A stretch of DNA of 64,000 nt from positions 192,001 to 256,000 of the forward strand of contig OZ223301.1 in assembly GCA_965140705.1 (NCBI GenBank), in the 5' to 3' direction. Shown here one piece after another: positions 1-12,767 of this stretch. Source of the stretch: an uncultured Arcobacter sp. (GTDB taxonomy: Bacteria; Campylobacterota; Campylobacteria; Campylobacterales; Arcobacteraceae). Both the position numbers and the translations under genes were made by a program. The stretch's first letter is position 1. Each line of letters starts with the position of its first letter. The notes under the pieces are model-generated. The model worked only from the letters and a program-made list of their open reading frames with translations. It did no database searches and had not been told where the DNA came from.

Positions 1-86
1 AGCTACCTTCCACAGTGGATTTAGCGACTGGGGTGAAGTCGTAACAAGGTAACCGTAGGAGAACCTGCGGTTGGATCACCTCCTTT
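1..86 (+). rRNA. rrs: 16S rRNA, 3' end (partial)
   Basis: Universal GAAGTCGTAACAAGGTAACCGTAGGAGAACCTGCGGTTGGATCACCTCCTTT terminus including the anti-SD. Confidence 0.98.
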
Positions 87-193
87 CAGAGTAATGAGAA
101 GATATTCGTTTATCTTCTCAAGAAATAAACAATGGGTAAATATCCAATATCATATTCGGTTTGTAAAGGTTATTGAAATAATAGGTGAAGAAT

Positions 194-270
194 GGGCCTA
201 TAGCTCAGCTGGCTAGAGCGCTCGACTGATAATCGTGAGGTCCCAGGTTCAAGTCCTGGTAGGCCCACCA
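194..270 (+). tRNA. tRNA-Ile(GAT), rRNA spacer
   Basis: GGGCCTA/TAGGCCC acceptor stem, CT-GAT-AA anticodon loop, GTTCAAG T-loop, encoded CCA. Confidence 0.97.
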
Positions 271-292
271 TGAGAAGAAGATAATCTTTGTT

Positions 293-368
293 GGGGAATT
301 AGCTCAGCTGGGAGAGCGCCTGCCTTGCACGCAGGAGGTCAGCGGTTCGATCCCGCTATTCTCCACCA
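293..368 (+). tRNA. tRNA-Ala(TGC), rRNA spacer
   Basis: GGGGAAT/ATTCTCC acceptor stem with G3:U70, CT-TGC-AC loop, CCA end. Confidence 0.97.
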
Positions 369-470
369 ACATTAGCACCTAAACCAAGTAGAACAGAGAT
401 AAAAAACTAAATATAAGTCTTAAATATAAGATTTATATTTGGTTTTCGAATCAAAATGTTATTTAAAAAT

Positions 471-488
471 TTAATGTTAAAGTCTTTA
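471..488 (+). repeat. 5' arm of the 23S processing stem (pairs with 3608-3625)
   Basis: TTAATGTTAAAGTCTTTA is the exact reverse complement of TAAAGACTTTAACATTAA at 3608-3625; the arms bracket the 23S as expected for an RNase III stem. Confidence 0.85.
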
Positions 489-644
489 AAATTTTTTCGA
501 ATTGGAATAATGAAAGTTATTTTAATTAAAATAGAAAACAATTTAAACACACAATTACTGTTTTATTAAATATTGTATTTAATAAGATAGTAGCCAAGGA
601 ATAATTATCAAAAAGGTAACTAAAGAGATTTAGTTATACAAATT

Positions 645-3551
<2,907 letters not shown>

Positions 3552-3730
3552 TTTATATATTTCTTGGTTTACTATCTTATTAAGTACATACTTAATTTGT
3601 ATGTGTGTAAAGACTTTAACATTAACTTCTATCTCAAGATGATATGTTACCTTGGAAAAGTTGTAAACTTTTTTAAGAAACATAAGTTGAGTAAAGAGTG
3701 AATATTTACTATTCTTTCTTTACTCAACTT

Positions 3731-3847
3731 TGTTGGTGATTATAGAGAAGTGGAAATACCCAGCTCCATTCCGAACCTGGAAGTCAAGCACTTCATCGCT
3801 GATAATACTGCAGGGTCCCCTTGTGGAAACGTAAGTCGTCGCCAACT
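3731..3847 (+). rRNA. rrf: 5S rRNA (ends approximate)
   Basis: GTTGGTGA...TCGCCAAC terminal helix, CCATTCCGAAC and GAAGTCAAGC motifs, about 117 nt after the 23S. Confidence 0.93.
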
Positions 3848-3858
3848 CTTGAGTTTTT

Positions 3859-3911
3859 AAAGCCTTTATCTAATTACTAGTCTTCTAGTTATTTGATAGA
3901 GGCTTTTTTTT
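3859..3911 (+). terminator. Intrinsic terminator of the rRNA operon
   Basis: AAAGCCTTTATC...GATAGAGGCTTT stem running into a T8 tract. Confidence 0.8.
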
Positions 3912-4021
3912 AGCTCTTTTTTTACAGGATATATTTTATTTATTATTTATCTGTGTATAATTTTTAGCTATAGTATAATCTTTATTATTCTCTATTCATT
4001 ATTAGTTATTCACTATTATTA

Positions 4022-4097
4022 GCTCGCATAGCTCCAACGGTAGAGCAATCCCATGGTAAGGGAGAGGTTGTAGGTTCGATTCCCACTGTGAGCACCA
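4022..4097 (+). tRNA. tRNA-Thr(GGT), with several non-consensus positions
   Basis: GCTCGCA/TGTGAGC acceptor stem, AT-GGT-AA loop, GTTCGAT T-loop, CCA; C at position 14, A27:G43 and an A:C T-stem mismatch. Confidence 0.88.
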
Positions 4098-4108
4098 CTT
4101 TTCTTATT

Positions 4109-5176
4109 TTATTTTTTTTTACAACGTATAAGTGTTTGACATAAGCCAATATTATCTATTGTTTCAATTATTTCTAATCCTGCTATTTTTAATAATTTTT
4201 CAAAATCAGTATATTTAAACATTTTACTATAACCATTTGCCATAGCTGTAAAGTAAGGGGAAGTATTTATTACGCAGTATGCTGCTGTTTCATTACTTTG
4301 TCTATCCCAAAATGGTTCCATAATACATACTTCACTATTTGGATCAATTGAATATATTATTTTTTTCAAAATACTTATGATTTGTTCTTCTTTAAAACAA
4401 TCTAGAAATTGACTCATCCAAATAATATCAAAATCTTTTGGTATTGAAGTTTCTTCTTTTAAAATATTTGCTTCATACGTTGAAATATTCTTTATATCAT
4501 TTTCATAAATATTTTGTTTTGCTAGTTTTACTTGCTGTGGTAAATCCATTATTGTTATATTTACATTTGGATTCTTTTTTGCAAACAGCATGGCAAATTT
4601 ACCAGTATTTCCACCTATATCAAGTATTGATTTAGGATTTAGTTCTTCTAGTATTTTTATTACTTTCGGAAATCCAGAGTCAGAATACATATGATCAAAT
4701 TCAAACCAAGAGTCTTTTACTTTTTGTGGTAAAGTAGAAAGAGCTGGATATATTGTCTCTTTGTCGCTAAATACTTTTAATCCTTCTGCTTTTCCACTTT
4801 TTATTGATTCTTCCAAGTAAAATAATCCTAAGTAATTAACATGATGGTTATAATTCATGTTAGTATTAGTCATCTTATCACTATGAATAAAAAATCCAAT
4901 TTTTGTTAAATAAATTTTTTCATTTTCAATTGAAATAACATTTGCACTTAGTGCTGTTTCACATAATAATTGTATTGCATATTTAGTTAAATTGCTCTCT
5001 TTCTCTAATTCCTCATATGTTAATCCATCTTTATTATTAGCTAATATATCTAATATCTTTAAGTCTCTCATTGTTCTAACCACTTGGAATACTATTGGAG
5101 CAAAAGCAATCTTTTGAGCTTCATATTGTGCTTCTAATGCACTTATCTTATTGTTATTTTTGAAGAAATTTTTCAT
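4109..5176 (-). CDS. Class I SAM-dependent methyltransferase (ApeB-like)
   Basis: LDIGGNTG SAM motif, MDLPQQ, WMSQFLDCF; N-terminal dimerisation-type region. Confidence 0.85.
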   Translation of the reverse strand: MKNFFKNNNKISALEAQYEAQKIAFAPIVFQVVRTMRDLKILDILANNKDGLTYEELEKESNLTKYAIQLLCETALSANVISIENEKIYLTKIGFFIHSDKMTNTNMNYNHHVNYLGLFYLEESIKSGKAEGLKVFSDKETIYPALSTLPQKVKDSWFEFDHMYSDSGFPKVIKILEELNPKSILDIGGNTGKFAMLFAKKNPNVNITIMDLPQQVKLAKQNIYENDIKNISTYEANILKEETSIPKDFDIIWMSQFLDCFKEEQIISILKKIIYSIDPNSEVCIMEPFWDRQSNETAAYCVINTSPYFTAMANGYSKMFKYTDFEKLLKIAGLEIIETIDNIGLCQTLIRCKKK

Positions 5177-5180
5177 ATAT

Positions 5181-5531
5181 TTAATCTTTAAGAGCTATTG
5201 TTAACTCACCCTTTGCATAAGTTTTTTTTTCGTCAAATAATTCAAATTTATATTCAGTCATTGAGCCAAAGTTAAAGGACTTTGATATTTTAATTTGATA
5301 CTCTATTTTATTTAATTCAGATAACTTTTTTATATTTTTTAAAGAGATTAAAAAGCCTATTATTGGCTCATTTTTATCTTCTGCAAAAGCAGCACTACTT
5401 TGAGCAGCAGCTTCACTAACCATTGGGAGTGTTGGGATATATGGAAAAGAACATTTTACAATGCAAAAGTCTTCATTTTTTTCTAAAATTTCTTGGGCAA
5501 ATCTTATAGGTGCTTGATGTGGTAAATTCAT
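5181..5531 (-). CDS. Hotdog-fold dehydratase-like protein (ApeP-like)
   Basis: LPHQAPIRF and EAAAQ motifs of the FabZ/ApeP family; cluster context. Confidence 0.75.
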   Translation of the reverse strand: MNLPHQAPIRFAQEILEKNEDFCIVKCSFPYIPTLPMVSEAAAQSSAAFAEDKNEPIIGFLISLKNIKKLSELNKIEYQIKISKSFNFGSMTEYKFELFDEKKTYAKGELTIALKD

Positions 5532-6172
5532 TAGATATTAACTTCTATTATATTTTTTTTATCTTTTTGAAAGTTTTTAGCCACATGAAGTATATGTTCT
5601 ATTGATTTTGGATAGTCTTCATTTTGTATATTTTTTAAATAAATATTTGCATTTTCACTAGTAACTCTAACTTTTAAGGCAACAGCACTTTCTAAATATT
5701 TTGTGCAAGTATTTATTTCTTCAATATTGTTTATATTTAATGTTTCTGTACAAGTTAATAAAATCTCATCACCATCTAAAGCTTTTACTGCACCTACTTT
5801 TAAAACTTTTAAAGAGGTCTCTTCTCCTGAAGAAATAGTTAATATCTCATTAGTATTATTAGATAAAATAGAAGCATATGAAACAGGGGTATTGTAAACA
5901 GAATTTTGAAAATCTGTGGGAGATGCCATTTCATCATTTGAAATGGCATTTAATATATTTGATGTTGATAATAATTCTCCATAAGATGTCCCAAATATAA
6001 TTCTACCTTCTTTAAAATTTACATTTGACATAAGTTCAATTATAAGTTTTGAAGCTCTTGTTAATCTTCTTCTTATTATCATTTTAGGAACTAGTTCTTT
6101 AGTTTTTAGATTCGTAATTTCTTTTTCATCAAAGATATAAGATGCATCTAATATTTCTAAATTTATTTTCAC
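5531..6172 (-). CDS. Beta-ketoacyl synthase chain length factor (ApeC-like)
   Basis: RRRLTR and SPTDFQNSVYN motifs of ketoacyl-synt_2/CLF; no catalytic Cys motif; overlaps the KS. Confidence 0.85.
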   Translation of the reverse strand: MKINLEILDASYIFDEKEITNLKTKELVPKMIIRRRLTRASKLIIELMSNVNFKEGRIIFGTSYGELLSTSNILNAISNDEMASPTDFQNSVYNTPVSYASILSNNTNEILTISSGEETSLKVLKVGAVKALDGDEILLTCTETLNINNIEEINTCTKYLESAVALKVRVTSENANIYLKNIQNEDYPKSIEHILHVAKNFQKDKKNIIEVNI

Positions 6173-7284
6173 TTGACAAGTCCAAAAATTAATGAAGTAT
6201 TATTTCCACCAAAGGCAAAAGAGTTACTAAGTACATAATCAACCTTAGATGAAGTAGTTTCAAACGAGTAGTTTATATCTTCTATTTCTATTTCTATTAA
6301 GCCTTTATTTGCTGGAATAATCTGTTTTTTTAAAACCATACATGAAATAATTGCTTCAATAGCCCCAGCTGCTCCTAAAGTATGTCCTGTGATTGATTTA
6401 GTTGAGCTAACTTTTGGTTTATTTTCTATAAATAAAGATTTAATAGCATTTAATTCAGAAAAATCATTGGCTATCGTTCCTGTGCCATGTGCATTTATAT
6501 ATGAGATATTATTTTTATGTAAGTTTGCATTTTCTAAAGCATTTTCCATTGCTTTTTTTGCACCTAATCCTTCAGGATGTGGCTGTGTCATGTGATGAGA
6601 ATCTGAGCTATACCCAACTCCACATAATTCAATTGAATTTTCATTCTTTTTATTTTGTAATAATAAAATTCCAAAACCTTCAGCTACATTCATTCCCTCT
6701 CGATTTTTATCAAAAGGTGTACATGGTTTTGACGATAAAACACTTAATGCTGAAAATCCACAAACTGTAGTATGTGATAGAGAATCTATTCCAATGACTA
6801 AAACATTTTCATATATACCTTTTTCAATTACTTCTTTTGCATAACCTAAAGCATTTGCACTAGAAGTACATGCTGTAGAAAAAGAAACATCATCATAGAA
6901 TTTATAGTTTTGTTTTAAAAAGTATGCTATTGAATCAACAGGATGCTTTTTAGGATTGATACTTTTATAGTTTTTATTCTTGAAAAAAAGTTTTTCTGTT
7001 GTGTTCATCCCTCCAACAGAAGAACCAATTATTAAAAGAGTATTTGAAAAATCATTTAACTTCATAATCTCTAATAATTTATCACATCTTTCTTTTAAAA
7101 TATTATTTAAGTCTTTACTTTTTTGTATTTTACCAATTGCAACACTTCTTTCTTTGACATAAGTTGAATTGATTGAAATGGTATCTTTTTTTAGGCAAAT
7201 TGATTTAAATAACTCTTCAGAATTATTTCCTGCACAAGAAATTGAGTCAAAATAATTTATATAGACTTTATTTTTTATTTTCAT
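6169..7284 (-). CDS. Beta-ketoacyl-ACP synthase (ApeO-like)
   Basis: STACTSS, NAHGTGT, GHTLGAAG Cys-His-His triad; SNSFAFGGNN C-terminus. Confidence 0.92.
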   Translation of the reverse strand: MKIKNKVYINYFDSISCAGNNSEELFKSICLKKDTISINSTYVKERSVAIGKIQKSKDLNNILKERCDKLLEIMKLNDFSNTLLIIGSSVGGMNTTEKLFFKNKNYKSINPKKHPVDSIAYFLKQNYKFYDDVSFSTACTSSANALGYAKEVIEKGIYENVLVIGIDSLSHTTVCGFSALSVLSSKPCTPFDKNREGMNVAEGFGILLLQNKKNENSIELCGVGYSSDSHHMTQPHPEGLGAKKAMENALENANLHKNNISYINAHGTGTIANDFSELNAIKSLFIENKPKVSSTKSITGHTLGAAGAIEAIISCMVLKKQIIPANKGLIEIEIEDINYSFETTSSKVDYVLSNSFAFGGNNTSLIFGLVK

Positions 7285-7522
7285 TAATATAGTTTAACAA
7301 GCTAGATACAGATGCAAAAATGTCTTGATATTGTTCAGTATTACTTATCTTTACACCATATTCTTTTTCAATAATTAAAACTAATTCAATAGAATCAACA
7401 GAGTCAAGTCCTATTCCATCATCTCCAAATAAAGGTGCATTATCCTCAATATCTTCAATCGTAAAGTCTTCTAAGTTTAGACCTTCAATTAGTACTTCTT
7501 TAAACTCATTAATAGTTATCAT
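7268..7522 (-). CDS. Acyl carrier protein
   Basis: LFGDDGIGLDSVDSIEL phosphopantetheine site; acidic, 84 aa. Confidence 0.93.
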   Translation of the reverse strand: MITINEFKEVLIEGLNLEDFTIEDIEDNAPLFGDDGIGLDSVDSIELVLIIEKEYGVKISNTEQYQDIFASVSSLLNYINENKK

Positions 7523-7648
7523 ATCTTATTTTAACCTTGTAAATAATCTTTTGAAATAGTACTGTTTTTCATCTTTTAATCATCTTATAAATTATCTTTT
7601 AATAAATTATTTTGTACAATAACGAATACATATAGAAAGAAAATCATA

Positions 7649-7969
7649 GTGAAGTTATTTAAGAATTTATTTGAAGTTTTAGAAAAGTCAGAAAATTATT
7701 ATAAAGTTAAACTGGCAAAGAAAGAACACCCTGTATTTAAAGCACATTTCCCTCAAAATGAAATATTACCTGGTTTTATTCAAATTGATATTATCTCAGA
7801 TATATTGAATCATAAGATTAATAGTATTTCAAAAGCAAAGTTTTTATCAATTATAAAGCCTGAAGATATAATTGAATATTATATTACCTGTATAAATGAA
7901 TCAAAATACAAAATAATAATAAAAAGTGAAAATAAAAAGATAAGTGAAATAACGTATGGAATACAGTGA
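7649..7969 (+). CDS. 3-hydroxyacyl-ACP dehydratase (ApeI-like)
   Basis: FKAHFPQNEILPGFIQID (HFPxxxxLPG) motif; KFLSIIKP. Confidence 0.85.
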   Translation: MKLFKNLFEVLEKSENYYKVKLAKKEHPVFKAHFPQNEILPGFIQIDIISDILNHKINSISKAKFLSIIKPEDIIEYYITCINESKYKIIIKSENKKISEITYGIQ

Positions 7970-8660
7970 AATTGTAGTTGTAATACCTACATATAATAAT
8001 GATTTAACAATACAAAGAGTTGTTGATGATGTATTATCTTATAATGTTAAAACAATAGTTGTTGATGATGGATACGATAACCCTGTAGAAGAAAAATTAA
8101 ATAAAAATTCAAATTTAATTGTTTTAAGACATCCTTATAATAAAGGAAAAGGTGAAGCAATTTTAACAGGTGCCAGGAAAGCAAAAGAGTTGGGATACAA
8201 ATATTTTATTAGCTTAGACGGGGATGGGCAACATTTAGCAAGTCAAATAGAAAAAATCATAAATGCATCTGATGGGGATAACCAAATAATAATAGGGGCT
8301 AGAAATTTTGAGATAGATAATGTACCTAATGGTTCTAAATTTGGTCGTTGGTTTAGTAACTTTTGGGCTACATGGGATACAGAACAAGAGATAAAAGATT
8401 CTTTATCTGGCTTTAGATTATATCCAATTTCAATTTTAGATTTAGATATTAAAACTTCAAGATTCGATTGGGAAATGGAAGTTTTAGTGAAACATGCTTG
8501 GAAGGGTAGGTTAATAAAAGAAGTAATAATAGATTGTTATTATCCAACACCAGAAGAAAGAGTTAGCCATTTTAAAAAGTTTTGGGACACTGCAGCTATT
8601 GTAATGGTTCATATTAGGCTTCTACCTTTTAAATTTTTTATAAAAAAAAGATATAAATAA
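7956..8660 (+). CDS. Glycosyltransferase family 2
   Basis: VVIPTYN, VVDDG, NKGKG, LDGDGQH, DSLSGFRLY motifs. Confidence 0.92.
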   Translation: MEYSEIVVVIPTYNNDLTIQRVVDDVLSYNVKTIVVDDGYDNPVEEKLNKNSNLIVLRHPYNKGKGEAILTGARKAKELGYKYFISLDGDGQHLASQIEKIINASDGDNQIIIGARNFEIDNVPNGSKFGRWFSNFWATWDTEQEIKDSLSGFRLYPISILDLDIKTSRFDWEMEVLVKHAWKGRLIKEVIIDCYYPTPEERVSHFKKFWDTAAIVMVHIRLLPFKFFIKKRYK

Positions 8661-9521
8661 ATGACTGTTAAGCAAAGAGGAAGTGGCTGGAGTATAAAAC
8701 TTGTATTTAATTTATATAAGCTTTTTGGTTATAAATTTGTTTATTTTTTAATGTATCCTGTGAGTTTTTTTTATTTTTTATTTGCATCAAATGTAAAACA
8801 ATCTTTGAAAATATACTATAAAACATTAGACCTAGAATTTAATAATTGGATTTATTTCGAACATTTAAGAATATTTGCTATGTGTTTAGTAGATAGATTT
8901 ATATCTAAATATGATCCTTACTCTTATACTTTTGTCTATAATAGAAAAGACCCAATATTAAAGATTTTAGATAAAAAATCGATATTACTATTTTCTCATT
9001 TTGGAGGTTGGGCTTCAAGTTCTAGTCAACCTGCAACAAAAAATAGAATCAATATAGTTATGCATGAAATTATTTTAGATAGTATAAAAGAGATTGAAAA
9101 TAGTATTGATAATAAATTTTCTAATATAAATATTATAGATCAATCTATGGGACAGATACCTGTTTCTATTGAAATTGCAAATGCAATTTCTAATAATGAG
9201 GTTATAGCAATAATGGCTGATAGACCAACAAGTGTTAAGTATAAATATAAAACAAAATTTTTTGGTAAATATGCAAATTTTAATAAAAATCCATTTAAAA
9301 TTTCTTATAAAACAAAAACACCAATTTTGTGTTGTTTTATAGTGAATATTGGATTACAAAAATATAAGGCCGAAACAATAAAATTAAATTTAGATTTTAA
9401 TTTGGATGAGAATGAAGCCATTGATATTGCTATAAAAGAATATGTTAGATTATTTGAAAGAATTTTATTAAAATATCCAAATCAATGGTTTAATTTTTAT
9501 AATTTTTGGGAGAATGAATGA
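8661..9521 (+). CDS. LpxL-like acyltransferase (ApeJ C-terminal-like)
   Basis: QRGS N-terminus, SHFGGW, IMADR, YPNQWFNFYNFW C-terminus. Confidence 0.85.
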   Translation: MTVKQRGSGWSIKLVFNLYKLFGYKFVYFLMYPVSFFYFLFASNVKQSLKIYYKTLDLEFNNWIYFEHLRIFAMCLVDRFISKYDPYSYTFVYNRKDPILKILDKKSILLFSHFGGWASSSSQPATKNRINIVMHEIILDSIKEIENSIDNKFSNINIIDQSMGQIPVSIEIANAISNNEVIAIMADRPTSVKYKYKTKFFGKYANFNKNPFKISYKTKTPILCCFIVNIGLQKYKAETIKLNLDFNLDENEAIDIAIKEYVRLFERILLKYPNQWFNFYNFWENE

Positions 9522-11038
9522 ATTTACAAATAGATAAGAGATATATAACATTATACGAGATTATTAAATCTTCTAATATTGAGATTTCAAAAGATAGTAA
9601 ATTTCTTAATTATATAAACCATACGCATGATTTTTTAATGAATGAGATAAAAGGTGGAAAACCTATTTATGGTATTACTACAGGGTATGGTGCTAGTGGA
9701 AAGAACTATGTTAATTATGAAGATAGTAAAACTTTACAAAAAAATCTTTTTAGATTTCATGGTTGTGGTATCGGAGTAAATTTATCTCATAAAGTTTGTA
9801 GATATGCTGTTATTATGAGAACAATATCTTTAAGTAAGGCAAAATCAGGAGTAAGTGTTGAACTTTTAAAAAGATTAGAACTTTTAATAAAAGAAGATAT
9901 TATACCAGTAATCCCATCTCAAGGTTCAGTAGGCGCAAGTGGTGATTTAACTCCCTTATCATATATCGCAGCAGTTATTGCAGGGGAGAGAGAGGTTTAT
10001 TATAAAGGTGAAATAAAAGATGTAATGGAAGTTTATAATAAATTAAATATATCTCCTTATGAATTTAAACCTAAAGAAGCATTAGCAATTATGAATGGAA
10101 CTACAATTATGAGTGCTATTGCCTTAGATGCAATAGAAGAGTTTGAAATAATATTAAATTCTATGGAATCTTATGTTGCAGGAATGTTTGAAGTTCTTTT
10201 AGGTGATGATACTCCTGTGGAAGATTTTGTACATGAATCAAAGCCATTTAGTGGACAAATAGAAACTGCAAAGAATATTAAAAAGAAAATTCAAGGTTCA
10301 AAATTAACCCATGGTAGAGATGATAGATATGATAAATTTTTTGCCGACAATGATTTAAATATTCAAGATACATATTCTATGAGATGTGCACCACAAGTTT
10401 TAGGTGTAATAAGAGATAATTTAGTAATTTCTAAAAACTGGGTTGAAACAGAGATAAATTCTGTAAATGATAATCCCTTGATTGATGGTGAAAACAAAAA
10501 AATATATACATCAGGTAACTTTTATGGTGGATATGTTGCCCATGCAATGGATACTTTAAAAATATGTGCTGCAAATCTTGCTGATTTATTAGACAAAGAG
10601 TTTGCCCTTTTAGTTGATCATAAATTTAATAGAGGTTTAGGTGAAAACTTAAAACTTTCACATGAACCATTTTATCATGGATTTAAAGCTATGCAAATAA
10701 GTCTTAGTTCTCTAAGTGCAGATGTTATTAAAAATACAACAGCTGCTTCTATTCACTCAAGACCAACAGAATCTTTAAATCAAGACAAAGTTTCTATGGG
10801 AACAACTGCTGCAAATGATTTTGCAAAAATGATACCAGACTTGTATAATATGCTCTCAATTGCTTTTATTGGTATGGCACAAGCTGTTGATATTAGGGGT
10901 GAAGGTGAAGTTTCTCCACATCTAAGAAATATTCATGATGAGATAAGAAAGATAGTTAAACCACTTTATGAAGATAGAAGAATGGATTTTGATATAGTAA
11001 GTATAAATAAAATACTTAAAAGTGCAAAATTAGTATAA
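9518..11038 (+). CDS. MIO-dependent aromatic amino acid ammonia-lyase (HAL/PAL/TAL family)
   Basis: IYGITTGYG, GSVGASGDL (MIO-forming ASG), QDTYSMRC, NDNP, NQDKVSMG. Confidence 0.93.
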   Translation: MNLQIDKRYITLYEIIKSSNIEISKDSKFLNYINHTHDFLMNEIKGGKPIYGITTGYGASGKNYVNYEDSKTLQKNLFRFHGCGIGVNLSHKVCRYAVIMRTISLSKAKSGVSVELLKRLELLIKEDIIPVIPSQGSVGASGDLTPLSYIAAVIAGEREVYYKGEIKDVMEVYNKLNISPYEFKPKEALAIMNGTTIMSAIALDAIEEFEIILNSMESYVAGMFEVLLGDDTPVEDFVHESKPFSGQIETAKNIKKKIQGSKLTHGRDDRYDKFFADNDLNIQDTYSMRCAPQVLGVIRDNLVISKNWVETEINSVNDNPLIDGENKKIYTSGNFYGGYVAHAMDTLKICAANLADLLDKEFALLVDHKFNRGLGENLKLSHEPFYHGFKAMQISLSSLSADVIKNTTAASIHSRPTESLNQDKVSMGTTAANDFAKMIPDLYNMLSIAFIGMAQAVDIRGEGEVSPHLRNIHDEIRKIVKPLYEDRRMDFDIVSINKILKSAKLV

Positions 11039-11048
11039 AGAAGTAAAA

Positions 11049-11753
11049 ATGGAAAATAAAAAAGTATTAGTTACAGGAGCCACTGGCTCTATTGGACAAG
11101 CCATTGTTAAAGAGTATGCTAAAAATGGATACTACGTCTATATTCATTACAATAGTAATAAAGACAAAGCACTAGAACTTTTAAAAGATATAAATTCAAA
11201 TGGAGAACTTATTTCTTTTAATATGCAAGATAAAAACTCTATAAGAGAGGTTTTAGAAAATCTTGATGTTGAAGTTTTAGTAAATAATGCTGGAATCATA
11301 AAAGATAACCTGTTTTTCTTTATGGGTGATGATGAATGGGAAGATGTAATTAACACAAATCTAAATGGACTTTTTTATATTACAAAAGTTATTTCTAAAA
11401 ATATGATGATGAACAAACGAGGAAGTATTGTAAATGTTGCATCAATCTCAGGAATAAGTGGAAACTCTGGGCAAGCAAATTATAGTGCAAGTAAAGGTGG
11501 AGTTATTGCTTTTACTAAAACTTTATCAATAGAGCTAGGAAGATATAATATTAGAGTAAATGCCCTTGCTCCTGGAATAATAGAATCAGAGATGATTGAA
11601 AATATACCAAATGTAAAAGAGCTAAAAAAAGCAATACCTCTTAAAAGATTTGGAAAAGCTCAAGAAGTGGCAAAATGTGCTTATTTTATAGGTGTAGATG
11701 CTACTTATGTAAGTGGAGAGGTATTAAATATTAGTGGGGCAATGGTTAGATAA
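11049..11753 (+). CDS. fabG: 3-oxoacyl-ACP reductase (ApeQ-like)
   Basis: TGATGSIG, NNAG, GQANYSASK (YxxxK). Confidence 0.9.
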   Translation: MENKKVLVTGATGSIGQAIVKEYAKNGYYVYIHYNSNKDKALELLKDINSNGELISFNMQDKNSIREVLENLDVEVLVNNAGIIKDNLFFFMGDDEWEDVINTNLNGLFYITKVISKNMMMNKRGSIVNVASISGISGNSGQANYSASKGGVIAFTKTLSIELGRYNIRVNALAPGIIESEMIENIPNVKELKKAIPLKRFGKAQEVAKCAYFIGVDATYVSGEVLNISGAMVR

Positions 11754-11758
11754 AGTTT

Positions 11759-12295
11759 ATGAATTTACTCATATCTTTACTTTATGCACCCATTGTTTTT
11801 TATTCATTAAGAAATTTTGAACTAAAGACTGTTTCACTTATAATTTTTATTTTCTCTTTGCTTTGGTTCATTTTTTCTATAAAGAAAAGTATAAAAGAGT
11901 ATATTTTTCCTCTTTTTTATTTGAGTGTATCTGTTTTGGCATATTTTTTGGATAATTTTTTATTTTTAAAAATGCTACCATTATTAATTTCTGGATTGAT
12001 TTCAATTTATATTTTATATAGTTATCTTTCTAAGAATTCTTTTATTTTTGTATTTTTAAAAAGATTAAATAAAGATGTTGAAGAGGAAGAAAAAAATTAT
12101 ATTCATAAATCAACACTTTTTTGGTTTTATATATCTTTGATAAATGTGCTGATTCATTCTTTTGTACTTTATTCAAAAGATATGTTTTACTGGACATTAT
12201 ATTCATCAGTTGGTTGGTATTTTTTGTTTATTATTGCTGGAATTGTACAATTTGTTCATAAAAAATTTTATTTTGAGGCTAAATTAAATGGTTAA
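11759..12295 (+). CDS. Integral membrane protein (ApeG/COG4648-like)
   Basis: About 6 hydrophobic helices; WTLYSSVGWY resembles the COG4648 motif; cluster context. Confidence 0.65.
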   Translation: MNLLISLLYAPIVFYSLRNFELKTVSLIIFIFSLLWFIFSIKKSIKEYIFPLFYLSVSVLAYFLDNFLFLKMLPLLISGLISIYILYSYLSKNSFIFVFLKRLNKDVEEEEKNYIHKSTLFWFYISLINVLIHSFVLYSKDMFYWTLYSSVGWYFLFIIAGIVQFVHKKFYFEAKLNG

Positions 12296-12767
12296 AATTT
12301 TATTTTTATTTTTATTTTTCACACTTTTTTTATTTTCAAAGGAAATTGAATTTAAAGAAGAGAAATATATAGGTGCACTAAATACTAGTGTATATCGAGA
12401 TGGTATCCTAAATATAGAAAAAGATTTTATAAAAGTTTCATATCCCCAACAAAACAGAACATTTACCTTTACAAAAGAAAATATAATAGAAAAAGATGGT
12501 AAAACAGAGAATATTATTACTTATGAAGATAATTTGGATTTGACAATTTTTTCAAAAGTTATAGAAAGTATTTATACAAATAAAATAGAAAATATAAAAG
12601 AGTATTTTCAAATAAAAAAGAGTGATGGGAACACAACTTTAATTCCAAGTGAATATGTAGCAAATGTGATAAAAAAAATAGAGTATAAAAAAATAGATTC
12701 AAAATTAAAGTTTTTGAAGATATATTTTACAAATGATGATTGGATAAATATTGTTCAAATTAACTAA
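12288..12767 (+). CDS. LolA-like periplasmic carrier (ApeL-like)
   Basis: Signal peptide, FKEEKY...G beta-rich pattern, sits directly before the MMPL gene. Confidence 0.65.
   Translation: MVKILFLFLFFTLFLFSKEIEFKEEKYIGALNTSVYRDGILNIEKDFIKVSYPQQNRTFTFTKENIIEKDGKTENIITYEDNLDLTIFSKVIESIYTNKIENIKEYFQIKKSDGNTTLIPSEYVANVIKKIEYKKIDSKLKFLKIYFTNDDWINIVQIN

Noticed and set aside
221..237. T:T mismatch in the tRNA-Ile anticodon stem (CTCGA/TCGTG)
   Set aside because: A single tolerated mismatch in an otherwise canonical spacer tRNA.
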